This document shows, in pieces, positions 1 through 11,100 of a stretch of 64,000 nucleotides of DNA (its first letter is position 1; every line of letters begins with the position of its first letter). The notes under the pieces were generated by a model. That model had not been told where the DNA came from, made no database searches, and worked only from the letters and a program-made list of their open reading frames with translations. The stretch comes from Dysgonamonadaceae bacterium. Lineage in GTDB: Bacteria > Bacteroidota > Bacteroidia > Bacteroidales > Azobacteroidaceae. The position numbers were made by a program, and so were the translations under genes. The stretch is from the NCBI GenBank assembly GCA_031289145.1, contig JAITQA010000146.1:14072-78071 (forward strand), read 5' to 3'.

Positions 1-591
1 ATGCTCGGTTGTCGCGCCTCTGGTAAGCGCATTCCCTTTTTCATCAATCAATTGCAAGCGTTCGCCTTGTCCAATTGGGTCGACTACCAATACGGCAATG
101 CCGTTGAGCGCCAATACCGGCGCCGTCGGAGAACCGGAGACTTTTCCGTTGATACCGTGTCCGCAAAATTCGAGTACAGCGGGTATTTTTCCTGAAAATT
201 TTGCAGGCAGATACAGGTTGGCCGTTACATAACGCCCCGGTAGACTTTCGAAAATAATATTTTCCACCCGAATTCCCGCGGTCTCGTAGTTTGCAACAAT
301 TTTGACATTCAGTTCGCTTTTAGAAGGGAATGTCCCGGCAATAGAACGGTAATGCAGGCGACAAGCATCAATATATGCCCGCATACTTTCCTTGGTCTTG
401 AAAGCGCGGTTAATCGTTTCTTCACGTTGCAGGTACTGTTGGTGTACCGTCCGCATCAAGTAGGCATTATACGCCAACGACTGGTTCCAAGGCAGTGCAT
501 TGAAATTATTTTGTGCAATTATGGTTTGCTTATTCGGTAACAAGCAAATAGAAGCCATTAAACAAATTAGTATGATTCGACTATTTTTCAT
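1..591 (-). CDS. Secreted alpha/beta-hydrolase, acetyl-xylan-esterase-like carbohydrate esterase (5' part only; runs off window start)
   Basis: Not in the ORF track (no stop inside the window). Manual translation from ATG 591, which overlaps the GH31 TGA (ATGA): MKNSRIILICLMASICLLP...IRVENIIFESLPGRYVTANLYLP...VLEFCGHG...VLVVDPIGQGERLQ...ATTEH. Open for 197 codons with a signal-peptide-like N-terminus and motifs typical of Bacteroidota AXE-like hydrolases. Confidence 0.75.
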   Translation of the reverse strand, partial: MKNSRIILICLMASICLLPNKQTIIAQNNFNALPWNQSLAYNAYLMRTVHQQYLQREETINRAFKTKESMRAYIDACRLHYRSIAGTFPSKSELNVKIVANYETAGIRVENIIFESLPGRYVTANLYLPAKFSGKIPAVLEFCGHGINGKVSGSPTAPVLALNGIAVLVVDPIGQGERLQLIDEKGNALTRGATTEH

Positions 592-3014
592 TGGTAATCG
601 GCAATTAAAGTGAGTCCCGTCCGGTTTCCTCCTGTTGTTTTCACCCACAATCGGCGTTCGTTTTCGTCATAAAACCAGCCTGTTTTTTCCTGCACGGCAA
701 TACGTGTAGTCAGTTCGGAAAGTATTTTTCCATTTTCGGAAACCGTAGAGGGTTTGCTGTCTAATAGCGCTTTTAGCAAGTAAGTATGAGCAGCCGGAAT
801 GTATTTCCCTTCCGGGCGAGCGGCGGTAAATGTCCATGCTTTCGGCTTCAGTTCACTGATAAAGCGGGTACGGGCAAAAACGCCTTTTTCATAATCCATT
901 GTCTTACCATCGTCTTCATACATTTCATAAGAAGAGATTCCGGAGGGATATACATCCAAAGTAAGTACATCTACGGGATATTGGTCAATCCACTGCATCG
1001 GGGGCTGCATCGGAATGATGGCGCCGACGCGGACAAAAATGGGCAATACGGTCAAAGGCGTAAGGAATGATTTGTATTGCCGTCCGGAAATTCTTTCTCC
1101 GGTTTCATAATCAATCCACTCGCCGCCGGGAAAATAAACCGGCTGACTAAGCGCTCCTTTGGTCGTTACGGGACAAATCATCAGGGAAGAGCCGAACATA
1201 TATTGTCCACGCAGGTTATACGTGTTTTCATCTTGCGGAAAATCCATCACCAAAGGAGTCATAAGCGGCTTCGCCGAATCGTATAAATCCCTGGCAGCCG
1301 TATAAATATAAGGAACCAAGGCATAACGGAGATGCGCATATTTACGGAAATTATCCAAAGCCTCCCGGCCATACGTCCACGGTTCATGGTAACGCGGATG
1401 ATCCATACCAAACAGCATGGCGACAGGTGAAAACATACCGAACTGGCACCAACGGATGAACAGTTCCGTATCATAAGGGGAATATTGCTCAAACCCACCC
1501 ATGCAATGTGTCCAGTTTCCCACACCCGAAAGTCCCATATTCATTCCGGCAACAATAAGCGGCTCGAACCATTGCCACTCACTGCCCCAATCACCGGCCC
1601 AGATATAGGGATAACGTTGGATACCGGCATACCCTTCACGGGTATGCGTCAGTCCACGCAAACCGGTCATTTCCTGAAATTTACGATAAGGGGCTTCGGC
1701 ATAAGCCAATGGGAAAAGATTGTGCAGTTCTGCCGACTTATGTCCCAAGACTACATCAACATCTTTGTTTGTGCCGAAAGCGCCGCCGACATCCGTTTTG
1801 AAAAAACTGACGCCTAAACCTGTAACTTTCTTCGCAGCGTTTTCCCACCACCAATTTACGGCAGTCGTATCGAAAAAGTTCACAAGTCCTTCGCTCCGTG
1901 CTTGTGGAACCAATACATTACCGGCTTCTCGCGCCCGGTCTAACAGCTTATAAGCAGGTCCGTTATCAAGGATAGAACGAATATGCAGTCCTACAGCCTT
2001 TACATTTTCGGCATACAAATCCCGAATCATTTTTTCGGGATTGCGGAAAGTTTCGCGCCACTCAAAGGTGCTGCCGCCATTTCCGAATGTGGTATTGAAA
2101 AACCGCCATGTAGAATCGAACCACAGCAAATCGAAAGGAATTCCTTCAGCCCGAAAGCGACGGGCAAGTTCCACGGCATAACGGTCGCCGGTTTCGGATT
2201 CAAATTTCCACGTTCCACCTGCGTAAGTACCTACATGCAAACCCATAGCATAACGCGGCAAGAGCGGAGATTTTCCGGTAAGCGTTGTATAGCGGTCTAA
2301 CATGCGGTACATATCCGGACCGAAAATAAAATAGTAATCCAATTCTCCGCCATACGCACACATTGTATAGCTTTCCGTTGAACGCCAACCCATATCCCAA
2401 AGCGTAGGGAAGGCGGTGTGAAAGAAGATACCGTAGCCGCGCGTACTCATAACAAATGGAACCGGGCAATAATTGGCGCGTAAAATATCTTTCCCTCCAA
2501 CAGCCGGTTTTGGGCCTCTGCCCAGTTCCACATTCAACCAAACCTTTTTGCCTCTTTGGTCTAAAAAATCCATACGTTCCCCCAATCCAAAAAAATGTTC
2601 GTCCGGTCCGAGGGAAACAATATTGCGCACCGAATCCGGAAAAAAACGCTGACCGGGCTGTTCACTGTATAATAGCTGTTCGCTTTTATCCCGCACTTCT
2701 ATCTGCACGGGATTTTTAACGATACGAATATGCAAATCACTTGTCTCAATATACAAAACATCCGGACGGTCATCCGTTTTCAATTCAACCGGAGAAAAAG
2801 TATATTGTCTGACCATCCACTGCTCGTTTTCCTTAAATACTTTGTCCTGACTGCGACGTATACGAAATAGGGCGGGAGAGCAAAATTCCAGCCGGATTTC
2901 TTCTCCGGGAACGGAAATAGCGATATGGTTACCGTTTCGACTCACCGAAGTATTCTGCGCTTTCGGTTCAAGTGCAAAGCACAGGAGAAAAAAGAAAATG
3001 AGTGTGTGTTTCAT
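588..3014 (-). CDS. Glycoside hydrolase family 31 (alpha-xylosidase/alpha-galactosidase-like)
   Basis: Signal peptide; HFFGLGER, NYCPVPFVMSTRGYG, ELDYYFIFGP, LWFDSTW, nucleophile region FFKTDVGG, acid/base region RYPYIWAGD, ELFIRWCQFGMFSP, QYMFGSSLMICPV, YEMYEDDGKTMDY. Confidence 0.9.
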   Translation of the reverse strand: MKHTLIFFFLLCFALEPKAQNTSVSRNGNHIAISVPGEEIRLEFCSPALFRIRRSQDKVFKENEQWMVRQYTFSPVELKTDDRPDVLYIETSDLHIRIVKNPVQIEVRDKSEQLLYSEQPGQRFFPDSVRNIVSLGPDEHFFGLGERMDFLDQRGKKVWLNVELGRGPKPAVGGKDILRANYCPVPFVMSTRGYGIFFHTAFPTLWDMGWRSTESYTMCAYGGELDYYFIFGPDMYRMLDRYTTLTGKSPLLPRYAMGLHVGTYAGGTWKFESETGDRYAVELARRFRAEGIPFDLLWFDSTWRFFNTTFGNGGSTFEWRETFRNPEKMIRDLYAENVKAVGLHIRSILDNGPAYKLLDRAREAGNVLVPQARSEGLVNFFDTTAVNWWWENAAKKVTGLGVSFFKTDVGGAFGTNKDVDVVLGHKSAELHNLFPLAYAEAPYRKFQEMTGLRGLTHTREGYAGIQRYPYIWAGDWGSEWQWFEPLIVAGMNMGLSGVGNWTHCMGGFEQYSPYDTELFIRWCQFGMFSPVAMLFGMDHPRYHEPWTYGREALDNFRKYAHLRYALVPYIYTAARDLYDSAKPLMTPLVMDFPQDENTYNLRGQYMFGSSLMICPVTTKGALSQPVYFPGGEWIDYETGERISGRQYKSFLTPLTVLPIFVRVGAIIPMQPPMQWIDQYPVDVLTLDVYPSGISSYEMYEDDGKTMDYEKGVFARTRFISELKPKAWTFTAARPEGKYIPAAHTYLLKALLDSKPSTVSENGKILSELTTRIAVQEKTGWFYDENERRLWVKTTGGNRTGLTLIADYQ

Positions 3015-3026
3015 GGCAAATTCGAA

Positions 3027-6000
3027 TTATCGTTTTACAACTTCTTTCAGCAAATTAAAGAACAATTGCCGCCCCACAATATTGGCCGGATTATCAGCCT
3101 CTCGGTCGAAAGTTCCCATTGCTTCATTCATACCGTCGCTGTCAACCGGAGAAACGTGTCCGATTGCTTGCTTCAGACAGGCAGGAATATCAAGGGTGGT
3201 GATGATGATTTTACCTCTTCCCAAAGGAATGAGGCTCAAAGCCGAATAGACTTCCTTGCGGTGATCGGATACACAACCGACAAGCGTTTCTCCGCTACCA
3301 GTGCGCAAACCTATCCGTCGGCGGTTATATGCGGCAAAGCACCGATATTCCCAATTAAAAGCGCAATCAACAGGTAATCCGTCGAATACAGGATGTGCCC
3401 GGTTGAAAAAATTTCCGCCGTACCACGAACGGCCTAATTCTTTGTATCCCCTGAAATCAAGCGCTTCCTTATCAGCCAAGTATTCCGCCCAACGCACGGG
3501 ATTATCTACAATCAGTAACGAACCGCCTTTCTGTACCCAATCAATGATGTCGCTCATTCCGCTTCCCCATTGCTGCGGTTCAAAAGCGCCAACCACTAAG
3601 TAATCGCCTTGCGGAATGCCTTTCTCATACGTTTTTACATCTAATCCGGTTCGGCGCAAGAAAGCCGTCAATATGCCGGTGGTATCCGCCACAAGGCCTT
3701 TTCCGGTGATAGCGCCAATGGTGGGCTGTACCGCAAAAATTTTATCGTCGCCTGTTGCCAACACCTTTCCTTTAGCAATAAGTGTAGATTTTACACTTAT
3801 ATATCCGGCTTCCGGAATGGCAAATTTCCAGCCGCTCAACAAGTTCTGCCCATAAACAATTCCACCGTTTATTTTTACTTTACGGGAAAATGAAGACAAT
3901 ACTTTCCCGGTCTCATTTTCAGCGGAAATCGTCAGTAAAAAATCGCCATGCAAGTTTTCTTCATTGACGATGTGTATGTCAACTGTTGTGGTATCGCCGA
4001 CCGCCAACACTTTCCGGTTCATTTTCACACTCAGGAAAAGCGGTGCATTGTAACGGGCTATCAAATCAGGGTCGCCTTTATGATTCCGGTAATTATCCAC
4101 AATTCCGGAATGATTTTCCAACTTCATGGATTCCCATCCGTTCACGGCATAACCGTCGATGATATTGTTGATACGGATATTCTCAATAATTCTCCCTTGG
4201 TAATAATAGGCTACATTACCCATCGCTACGGTCAAATCATCAACAGTTGGAAAAGCTTTATCAAAACCGGCTTCATGCAGAAACCGGTCGTAAGCCTCAT
4301 ACCAGCCTAAGTAATCGACAGCTTCCCATCCGCCGATTTTATGGGTTTGCAAAATATCCTTGCGGATTTTTTCCAGACGGGGAGGCGTACCGATCGCACC
4401 TTCTTCCCCCCAATAAATAATTTCCGCCCGATTGTTGTTGTAGCGAAGATAATCCGTCGGACTGCGATACAAATTATCGTGATATACGCCCGGACCGCCT
4501 GCATGGTGACGGTCATACCAACCTATATCATAAAATGTTGTATCGTAAGGAATCAAATGTAATTTAAAACGGGGGCTGGCTTGTCCTTCGGGATTTTCTC
4601 CATTACTCGAATTGTAATTAATCTGACGGGTAGGGTCTAATACATGCGCCATACGCATTTCTTTGTAATCTTCGGGCTGAGGCGGAGCGCTGCGTTCATT
4701 ATGAAGATTGTATAGCACCAAACAAGGGTGATTACGGTCGCGAAGAATCATTCGTTTCAACTTTTCGTTGCGATAGCTTACATAAAAACGGGTTTGCAGG
4801 CTATTGTCGTTGAATTTACCGGCAGCATATTGGTTTCCTCCGGGTTCTTCCCAAATCAGTAAACCCAACTCATCTGCATAATCCATCACATTTTTCTGTC
4901 CGATAGCCCGGTGAAAACTCAGCATATTCAGGCCAAGACGTTTGGCAGCCAAAACCTGTTTTCGCGCCAATTCATCTGTGGGTGTTATGCCATTGTCCGG
5001 CCAATAACCCCAAGATATAGCGCTACGCAAAACCATACGTTTCCCATTCAGATAAAACTGACGGTCGCCATCAATCGTACGTACCTCGAACCAACGGAAC
5101 CCGAAACGTTCACTCACTTTATCCTCCGCCAAGGCGATATTGAGAAGATACAGGTTCGGTTCGTCCACGCTCCAGCGTTTCGCGTCGGGTACCACTATTT
5201 TGTATGAAAAAACAGTTTCGCCTTCCGGAATCAAATCCAGCACCGATTCTTCGGCATATACCTTGCGACCGCTACCATATTCACCTATTTCGATAAGTAA
5301 TTTTTTGTCTTTGACGGTAGCGCCGGAAAGATTGGTAACCGTAAGTTCAACATCTATTTCTGCCGGATTGGGATGGTTCTTGATAAAAATATTGCTTGTA
5401 AACAGTTTTTCAGACGCCTGAAGCGAAACAATTCCGGTTATTCCGCCGAAGCCGTGGGTGGGATTGGTATCATAATCGCCCCATGTATAGAGCTGGGAAT
5501 CTTTCCAGTTAAAGTTCCCGTTGGGATCGGTAATCCGGAAAGCGATTTCATTTTCAATCCCGGCAATCAGCAATTGGCTGAGGTCTGTCTCAAACGGTGT
5601 ACTGTTTACCAAATCGTAAGCGGCTAATTTCCGGTTGACAAATATTTCTGCCCGGAAACGCACGCTGCCTACTTTCAGTACAATGTGCTTTCCTTCCCAT
5701 TCGCGGGGAATAAACACTTTGGTCGTAAACCACGACACACCTGTGTAATTACCCGTTACCCCGAAAGTTTGCCCGGTTCGTCCCCAAAAATACTGCTCCA
5801 CTGTCGCCGGAAGATGTATGTCGAAAGTATCCGGACGGGAAAAAACGGCATCCCAGCCTTGCGCAGGCTCATTCACCTGCAAGGCTTTCACATCAACAGG
5901 GGGGAGAAATAATACGTCATTTCCCCATTTTGCTGCATAGTCAAGCGTAATATTCCACGGCGACTGCGACAAATCAATATCCATGCGCGGTTGAGCGGAA

Positions 6001-6050
6001 ACCTCAACCGCAAGCAGGATAATGAGAACGATACCGGCAAATTTATTCAT
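3027..6050 (-). CDS. Glycoside hydrolase family 2
   Basis: Signal peptide; sugar-binding domain (GSVRFRAEIFVN), ERFGFRWFEV, FYLNGKRMVLR, acid/base RDRNHPCLVLYNLHNE, nucleophile region YWGEEG, GYAVNGWE. Confidence 0.85.
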   Translation of the reverse strand: MNKFAGIVLIILLAVEVSAQPRMDIDLSQSPWNITLDYAAKWGNDVLFLPPVDVKALQVNEPAQGWDAVFSRPDTFDIHLPATVEQYFWGRTGQTFGVTGNYTGVSWFTTKVFIPREWEGKHIVLKVGSVRFRAEIFVNRKLAAYDLVNSTPFETDLSQLLIAGIENEIAFRITDPNGNFNWKDSQLYTWGDYDTNPTHGFGGITGIVSLQASEKLFTSNIFIKNHPNPAEIDVELTVTNLSGATVKDKKLLIEIGEYGSGRKVYAEESVLDLIPEGETVFSYKIVVPDAKRWSVDEPNLYLLNIALAEDKVSERFGFRWFEVRTIDGDRQFYLNGKRMVLRSAISWGYWPDNGITPTDELARKQVLAAKRLGLNMLSFHRAIGQKNVMDYADELGLLIWEEPGGNQYAAGKFNDNSLQTRFYVSYRNEKLKRMILRDRNHPCLVLYNLHNERSAPPQPEDYKEMRMAHVLDPTRQINYNSSNGENPEGQASPRFKLHLIPYDTTFYDIGWYDRHHAGGPGVYHDNLYRSPTDYLRYNNNRAEIIYWGEEGAIGTPPRLEKIRKDILQTHKIGGWEAVDYLGWYEAYDRFLHEAGFDKAFPTVDDLTVAMGNVAYYYQGRIIENIRINNIIDGYAVNGWESMKLENHSGIVDNYRNHKGDPDLIARYNAPLFLSVKMNRKVLAVGDTTTVDIHIVNEENLHGDFLLTISAENETGKVLSSFSRKVKINGGIVYGQNLLSGWKFAIPEAGYISVKSTLIAKGKVLATGDDKIFAVQPTIGAITGKGLVADTTGILTAFLRRTGLDVKTYEKGIPQGDYLVVGAFEPQQWGSGMSDIIDWVQKGGSLLIVDNPVRWAEYLADKEALDFRGYKELGRSWYGGNFFNRAHPVFDGLPVDCAFNWEYRCFAAYNRRRIGLRTGSGETLVGCVSDHRKEVYSALSLIPLGRGKIIITTLDIPACLKQAIGHVSPVDSDGMNEAMGTFDREADNPANIVGRQLFFNLLKEVVKR

Positions 6051-6062
6051 AAACGATGTTAT

Positions 6063-8162
6063 TTATTCCTGAGAAAAACCATAGCCGTTAGTTATCAAGC
6101 CTTTTGATTGCAGAATAGTTTCAGATGAAAACGGCATCAGATAACGAGGTGGAACTCCGGAAGTATAAAAATCATCCGGATAACCTTTGAACAAGTCAGC
6201 GGAATAATGACTCTTATTGTCCAAAATAAATTCTCCCCAGTTGGTTCTTGTATAACCGGCTGCTTCAAGTGCAACAGCTTTAGCGCCTGCCGGATCTATA
6301 TATTCAAATAAACCTTCAATAGCCAGACTGCGATTACCGCTTGTGTTATTGGCTCCGTTGGTGTAATTGTTGTATTGACCTCTCCATCCCGGAAATTTAA
6401 CGGGATAGGCCGGATCGCTCGATGCAACATCACATTCGTAGGTCAACAGGGTATTCATTCCCAGAGTGGCAGAATTTACTTTTTTAACCCATATATACTT
6501 GGCTATCGTATGTCCATTGGGGAAAGTGTAATAACCCTGCGTTTCCAGACCGGCAATCATAGCTTCCTGACGGTGGCGCAGTTCTACAATTTTTTCAGGC
6601 AATTTCCCGGTACGAATCAGATCGTAACGGCGCAAACCTTCTCCGGCAAATTCTAATTTCCGTTCTTGCGCAATCGCTTCTTTCAAAGCGGCGCCTGCTA
6701 ATGAATTGACATAATTTGTAACCTGAGTGGCCTTATAGGCAGGAGCAAAGGCTCTATCACGCACTTTGGTCAATTCGGCTTTAGCGCCGTTATCATCACC
6801 TAATTCCGCATTTACTTCGGCAAGCATCAAGATTACATCAGCCATTCGCATATAAGCGGTATTGATACCGGTTCGGCGTTGACTGGCCGTATAAGGCGGA
6901 TTCATACGATTTTCATCCCATTTATTGTTAGACAAACCGCCTTTCAGCCCTGATCCGGGTTCCAATGTAATCAATTCTTCGGTAGCAGCGCCGGAACTTC
7001 CGGTTACGGTTACACTGGCGTCGCGGCGCAAGTCGCCGTCATTGAAGTCGCCATAGTAGAAACTCGGATGTATTCGACTTTGTCCATACGATTTACAAGG
7101 ATAAGCATTCGATCCGCCTCCGGCAGAAGGACGTCCGAAAGCATAAGGTCTTTCACTTTGAACGCCTTGTGTTTCAGCTATTTCAAACAACGATTCCGGG
7201 CTGACTATCAAATCCGCCTGGTATTGAAAATTACGCTGAAAAGGATTGCCGTAACCTCTATCATCCGTTGTGATCAGGCGTGCCGTTCCGGGGTTGGAGA
7301 TGCAGGTCGACAAATACGTTTTTGCCAATTCATAATACTTTTTGTAATCGCTACGGCGTACATATTTTGCCTTCCAGCGTTCGGCGCCGATTTGTTCGAA
7401 ACCAAGATCCCCATAATCAAAGTCCGTGCGGCACAAGCTGTAGCCGCCTGCATAAAGCGCTACTCTTCCGATAAAACCTTGTACAAATGTACGGGAAATA
7501 CGTTCGCCGCCAATTTTCCCTTCGCCCTGACGATACATATAAGGCTCTACCTTTTGCAAATCTTCCAGGAGCCTGTCGTAAATATAATACCTTGATGTGC
7601 AAACAGCGCTTTTTGTCTGTTCTTCCGTATAAATAGGTTTGTCGAAATAGGGAACATCACCGAAAAAACGCACCAATTCGTGATAGGCGATTACACGAAG
7701 CGTAACAGCCTCTCCGTACAATTGCGTCCATTCGGAAACCTGACCGGCAGCCCAGGCTGTCTGGAAACCCGGCTTGGTTTCAATCTGACTGACCACAATC
7801 GCCAAACGGTTAGCCATTCTGTAAAGAGCCGACCAGGCATTGACGGAAGTCGCATAATTAATGGTAATTTCAGTAGCATATAAGCCTTCCGGAATATGGC
7901 GGGTTTGTGATGAATACCCTTCCGGATGCGCTTCCGAATCCGATCCGCCAATCAATATATCGTAAAACAATCCGTTGGAATGTACATTCGAATTGGCGCG
8001 TAAGATTTCATAACAACCCATCAACACCTTGTATGCTTCACTCGGATCGGCAAAAACAAAATCTTCATCTACTTGCGATGGAGACGTTACATCCAGATAA
8101 TCACTGCATGTTGTAAGAGAAAACATCAATGTAAAAATGACAATATAGATTAATTTCTTCAT
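6063..8162 (-). CDS. susD: SusD/RagB family outer-membrane glycan-binding lipoprotein (pair 2)
   Basis: Lipobox SLTTC-SDYLD; GEAVTLRVIAYHELVRFFGDVPY, MRMADVILMLAE, ERKLEFAGEGLRRYDLIRTG; directly downstream of a susC. Confidence 0.92.
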   Translation of the reverse strand: MKKLIYIVIFTLMFSLTTCSDYLDVTSPSQVDEDFVFADPSEAYKVLMGCYEILRANSNVHSNGLFYDILIGGSDSEAHPEGYSSQTRHIPEGLYATEITINYATSVNAWSALYRMANRLAIVVSQIETKPGFQTAWAAGQVSEWTQLYGEAVTLRVIAYHELVRFFGDVPYFDKPIYTEEQTKSAVCTSRYYIYDRLLEDLQKVEPYMYRQGEGKIGGERISRTFVQGFIGRVALYAGGYSLCRTDFDYGDLGFEQIGAERWKAKYVRRSDYKKYYELAKTYLSTCISNPGTARLITTDDRGYGNPFQRNFQYQADLIVSPESLFEIAETQGVQSERPYAFGRPSAGGGSNAYPCKSYGQSRIHPSFYYGDFNDGDLRRDASVTVTGSSGAATEELITLEPGSGLKGGLSNNKWDENRMNPPYTASQRRTGINTAYMRMADVILMLAEVNAELGDDNGAKAELTKVRDRAFAPAYKATQVTNYVNSLAGAALKEAIAQERKLEFAGEGLRRYDLIRTGKLPEKIVELRHRQEAMIAGLETQGYYTFPNGHTIAKYIWVKKVNSATLGMNTLLTYECDVASSDPAYPVKFPGWRGQYNNYTNGANNTSGNRSLAIEGLFEYIDPAGAKAVALEAAGYTRTNWGEFILDNKSHYSADLFKGYPDDFYTSGVPPRYLMPFSSETILQSKGLITNGYGFSQE

Positions 8163-8181
8163 GAGTAATAAATTTTAATGA

Positions 8182-11100
8182 TTAAAAAACCACATTTAAA
8201 CCAAAAGTAAATGAGCGTGCACGCGGATAGGCACCCCAATCCAAGCCGGTGGTAGGATACACGGCTCCACCCTGACTTGTATTGGTATTCACTTCCGGAT
8301 CAATACCGGAATAACCGGTCAAAGTGAGTAAGTTATAAATGGTAGCATAAAGCCGAATATTATTTATCCCCACCTTTTTTAAGAAAGGTTTCGGTAAAGA
8401 ATAACCCAAAGAAAGTGTGTTCAAACGTAAAAATGAACCGTCTTCAATACCGAGAGAAGACACAACAGGATTCTCATGATACGGCAGATAGAGCGTTGCA
8501 TTAGCGTTCAAGGCATCTAATTCGGCAGGCGTTGTAACACGCGATAATTGCCCGTTTTTAATATCGTATATTTTATATGCACCTGATAATTCCGTCAAAC
8601 GATTGCGATACAATCCGTCATTTTTACTCCCGTATAAAGCAGCCAAATGATTGGCATTATAGACTTTATTTCCATAACTCCAATTGAAGCCCAATGCTAA
8701 ATCAAGTCGTTTGTAAGTTGCATTCAGATTGAAACCTCCGGTATGTTTCGGATTCATATTTCCGATTATGGTAACATCGTTTTCATCAATAATTCCATCC
8801 GGAACGCCATCAGGTCCACTGATATCCTTGTATTTTATCACACCCGGATAAGCAACTTGTCCGGAAGGACGCTCGCTATTCCCGATTCCGAACAAAGGAC
8901 CGATAACGCCGGAGGCAACATCAGCCATACCATCTTTCAAGGTATAGACGCCGTTTGCATAATTGAAATCGGAAGTTGTGTACCAACCATCATAAGTATA
9001 GCCGCGTACCATTCCTACCGGATAACCTTCTTTTAGAATATAATCGCCTGTATTCGGCTGAGTCATAGTCGATCCCCATTCTGTTTTATAAAGGCCGTTA
9101 ACACCTTCCGCCAGTTCGTCTACATTTCCTTTGTTAAAATTAATGTTCATACCCATTCGCAGTGAAAAATCTTTGTTTTCAACAACCACCCCCGAAAGCG
9201 CAATCTCCAAACCTTTATTGCTTGTTTGCCCTACATTGTCGTAGGTAGAAGTGAAACCGGAAATGGATGAAATAGAGGTTAGCATTAACAAATCTTTGGT
9301 TGTATTCCAATAGAGGTCAATTGTACCGAACAAACGACTTTTTAGAAATCCGAAATCAAGGCCGAAATTGCGGGTCACCGTCGTTTCCCATTTCAGATTC
9401 GGATTCGACATTGTGGAAGAAGCCGGTTCGTATCCGGGTTGTTTCACTTCATCGACGGAATAATTCAGCAGTCCGGAAGACTTCCAGTTCATCCGCCATA
9501 AGTTAGCGCTGATTCCATCGTTGCCTACTTCTCCATAAGAGAGGCGGAATTTCAGATTGCTTAACCAGTCCGTGTTTTTTAGGAAAGCCTCTTCAGATGC
9601 ACGCCAAGCCAAAGCCGCTGCAGGAAAATAGCCCCAACGATGGGAGGGTGCAAATTTGGAAGAACCGTCAGCACGGAAAGTCAGCGTCAACAAGTACCGA
9701 TCGACAAATGAGTAGTTAAGCCGTCCGAAATATGACTGCATACGGTCGGGAGTACCTATGCTGGAAGTCAAAGTATGATTGGGAGTTAACATATCCTTGT
9801 TATACTGATCCATCATGGCGAAAGCACGTTCTGCATCAAACGAAACAGGAAAATATTGGGCGGTAATTTTCATGTTTTCAGAGCCGGAATCAGAAACTTC
9901 CTGACCTGCTAAAATATTTAATGCATGGTTCTCTCCTAATCCGGCAACATCGTAATTCAAAGTGTTCGCCCAACGCAAGCTCCATCCGTCGGAACGTTCA
10001 ATATCAGCATTACCGCCATAAGTCTGATTTCCATCGGCGTCAAAATAATTCTGATAAACCGGACCGTACCATGTTTTTGTTTTGTTCCAATTTGTTGACA
10101 AACCCAATTCACTGCGAGCCACAAGACCCTTCAATACTTTCCAGTTTAAGGAAGCGTTGGCACGAATGTTTTGGTTCAAGCGGTGAGGTTTATAGTCTTT
10201 GGTGCGTTCTACCGGATCAAACCGGTCTTGCAAAATCTGGTCGTACATACCCAACATTGTATTGTAACGATCATCCAGTTCACCCAATACCTCGGAACTG
10301 TCAACAGGACGGAAACGATAAGCCGACGACAATATCGAACCTGTTGCATTAGAGGTGCTTTCACCTACCACTCTTTGCATATTGGCATAACGGGTATCTA
10401 GGTTGAAATCCAGTTTTTTATGCAATTTCTGATTCAACTTGAAAGAAACATTGGCACGCTTGAACCATGAATTTACTTTCAAACCTTCATCATCAATATA
10501 ATTTGTGGCAAAAACGAAACGGGTATTTCCACTTCCTCCGCTCATAGATAAATTATGGCTGTGCGAGAGAGAATTGTTATACACGTCTTTGGTAATATTG
10601 CGGGCATTCACGTCTTTGTAGTGATCGATACCGCCGGGATTGCTGTACGCAGTGCCGCTCGCGGAGGTAAAAGACGTCTGGCCGCCTATAGCCCACAGAC
10701 GCTCCCAAGCATCGCGATACGTAGAACCGATGGCATCGGCATAGGCCCAATTATATGCCACATAATCGTAAGCATCCATCGTTTCTAAATATTTGGCCGG
10801 TGTATTAAATTTCACATAGCTATTATAATTAATCGTAAGTTTTTCTCCTTTAGGCGTTTTTGTTGTAATAATAATTACCCCGTTAGCGCCACGGGCGCCA
10901 TAAATAGCGGTAGACGAAGCATCTTTCAATACATCAATGCTTTCAATCAAATCTGCGGGGATATCGCTGATGGAACTTACGGGAAATCCATCCACTAAAA
11001 ACAAGGGTTCATTGCTCTGAGAGATAGACCCTCCTCCGCGCACCCGAACAGAAACCGAAGCATCCGGACGGCCGTCTTGTGTGATAATATTAACGCCCGG

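Noticed and set aside
7068-7595. 175-aa plus-strand ORF
   Set aside because: Antisense shadow of susD with no motifs; the same applies to the many short nested ORFs in the track.
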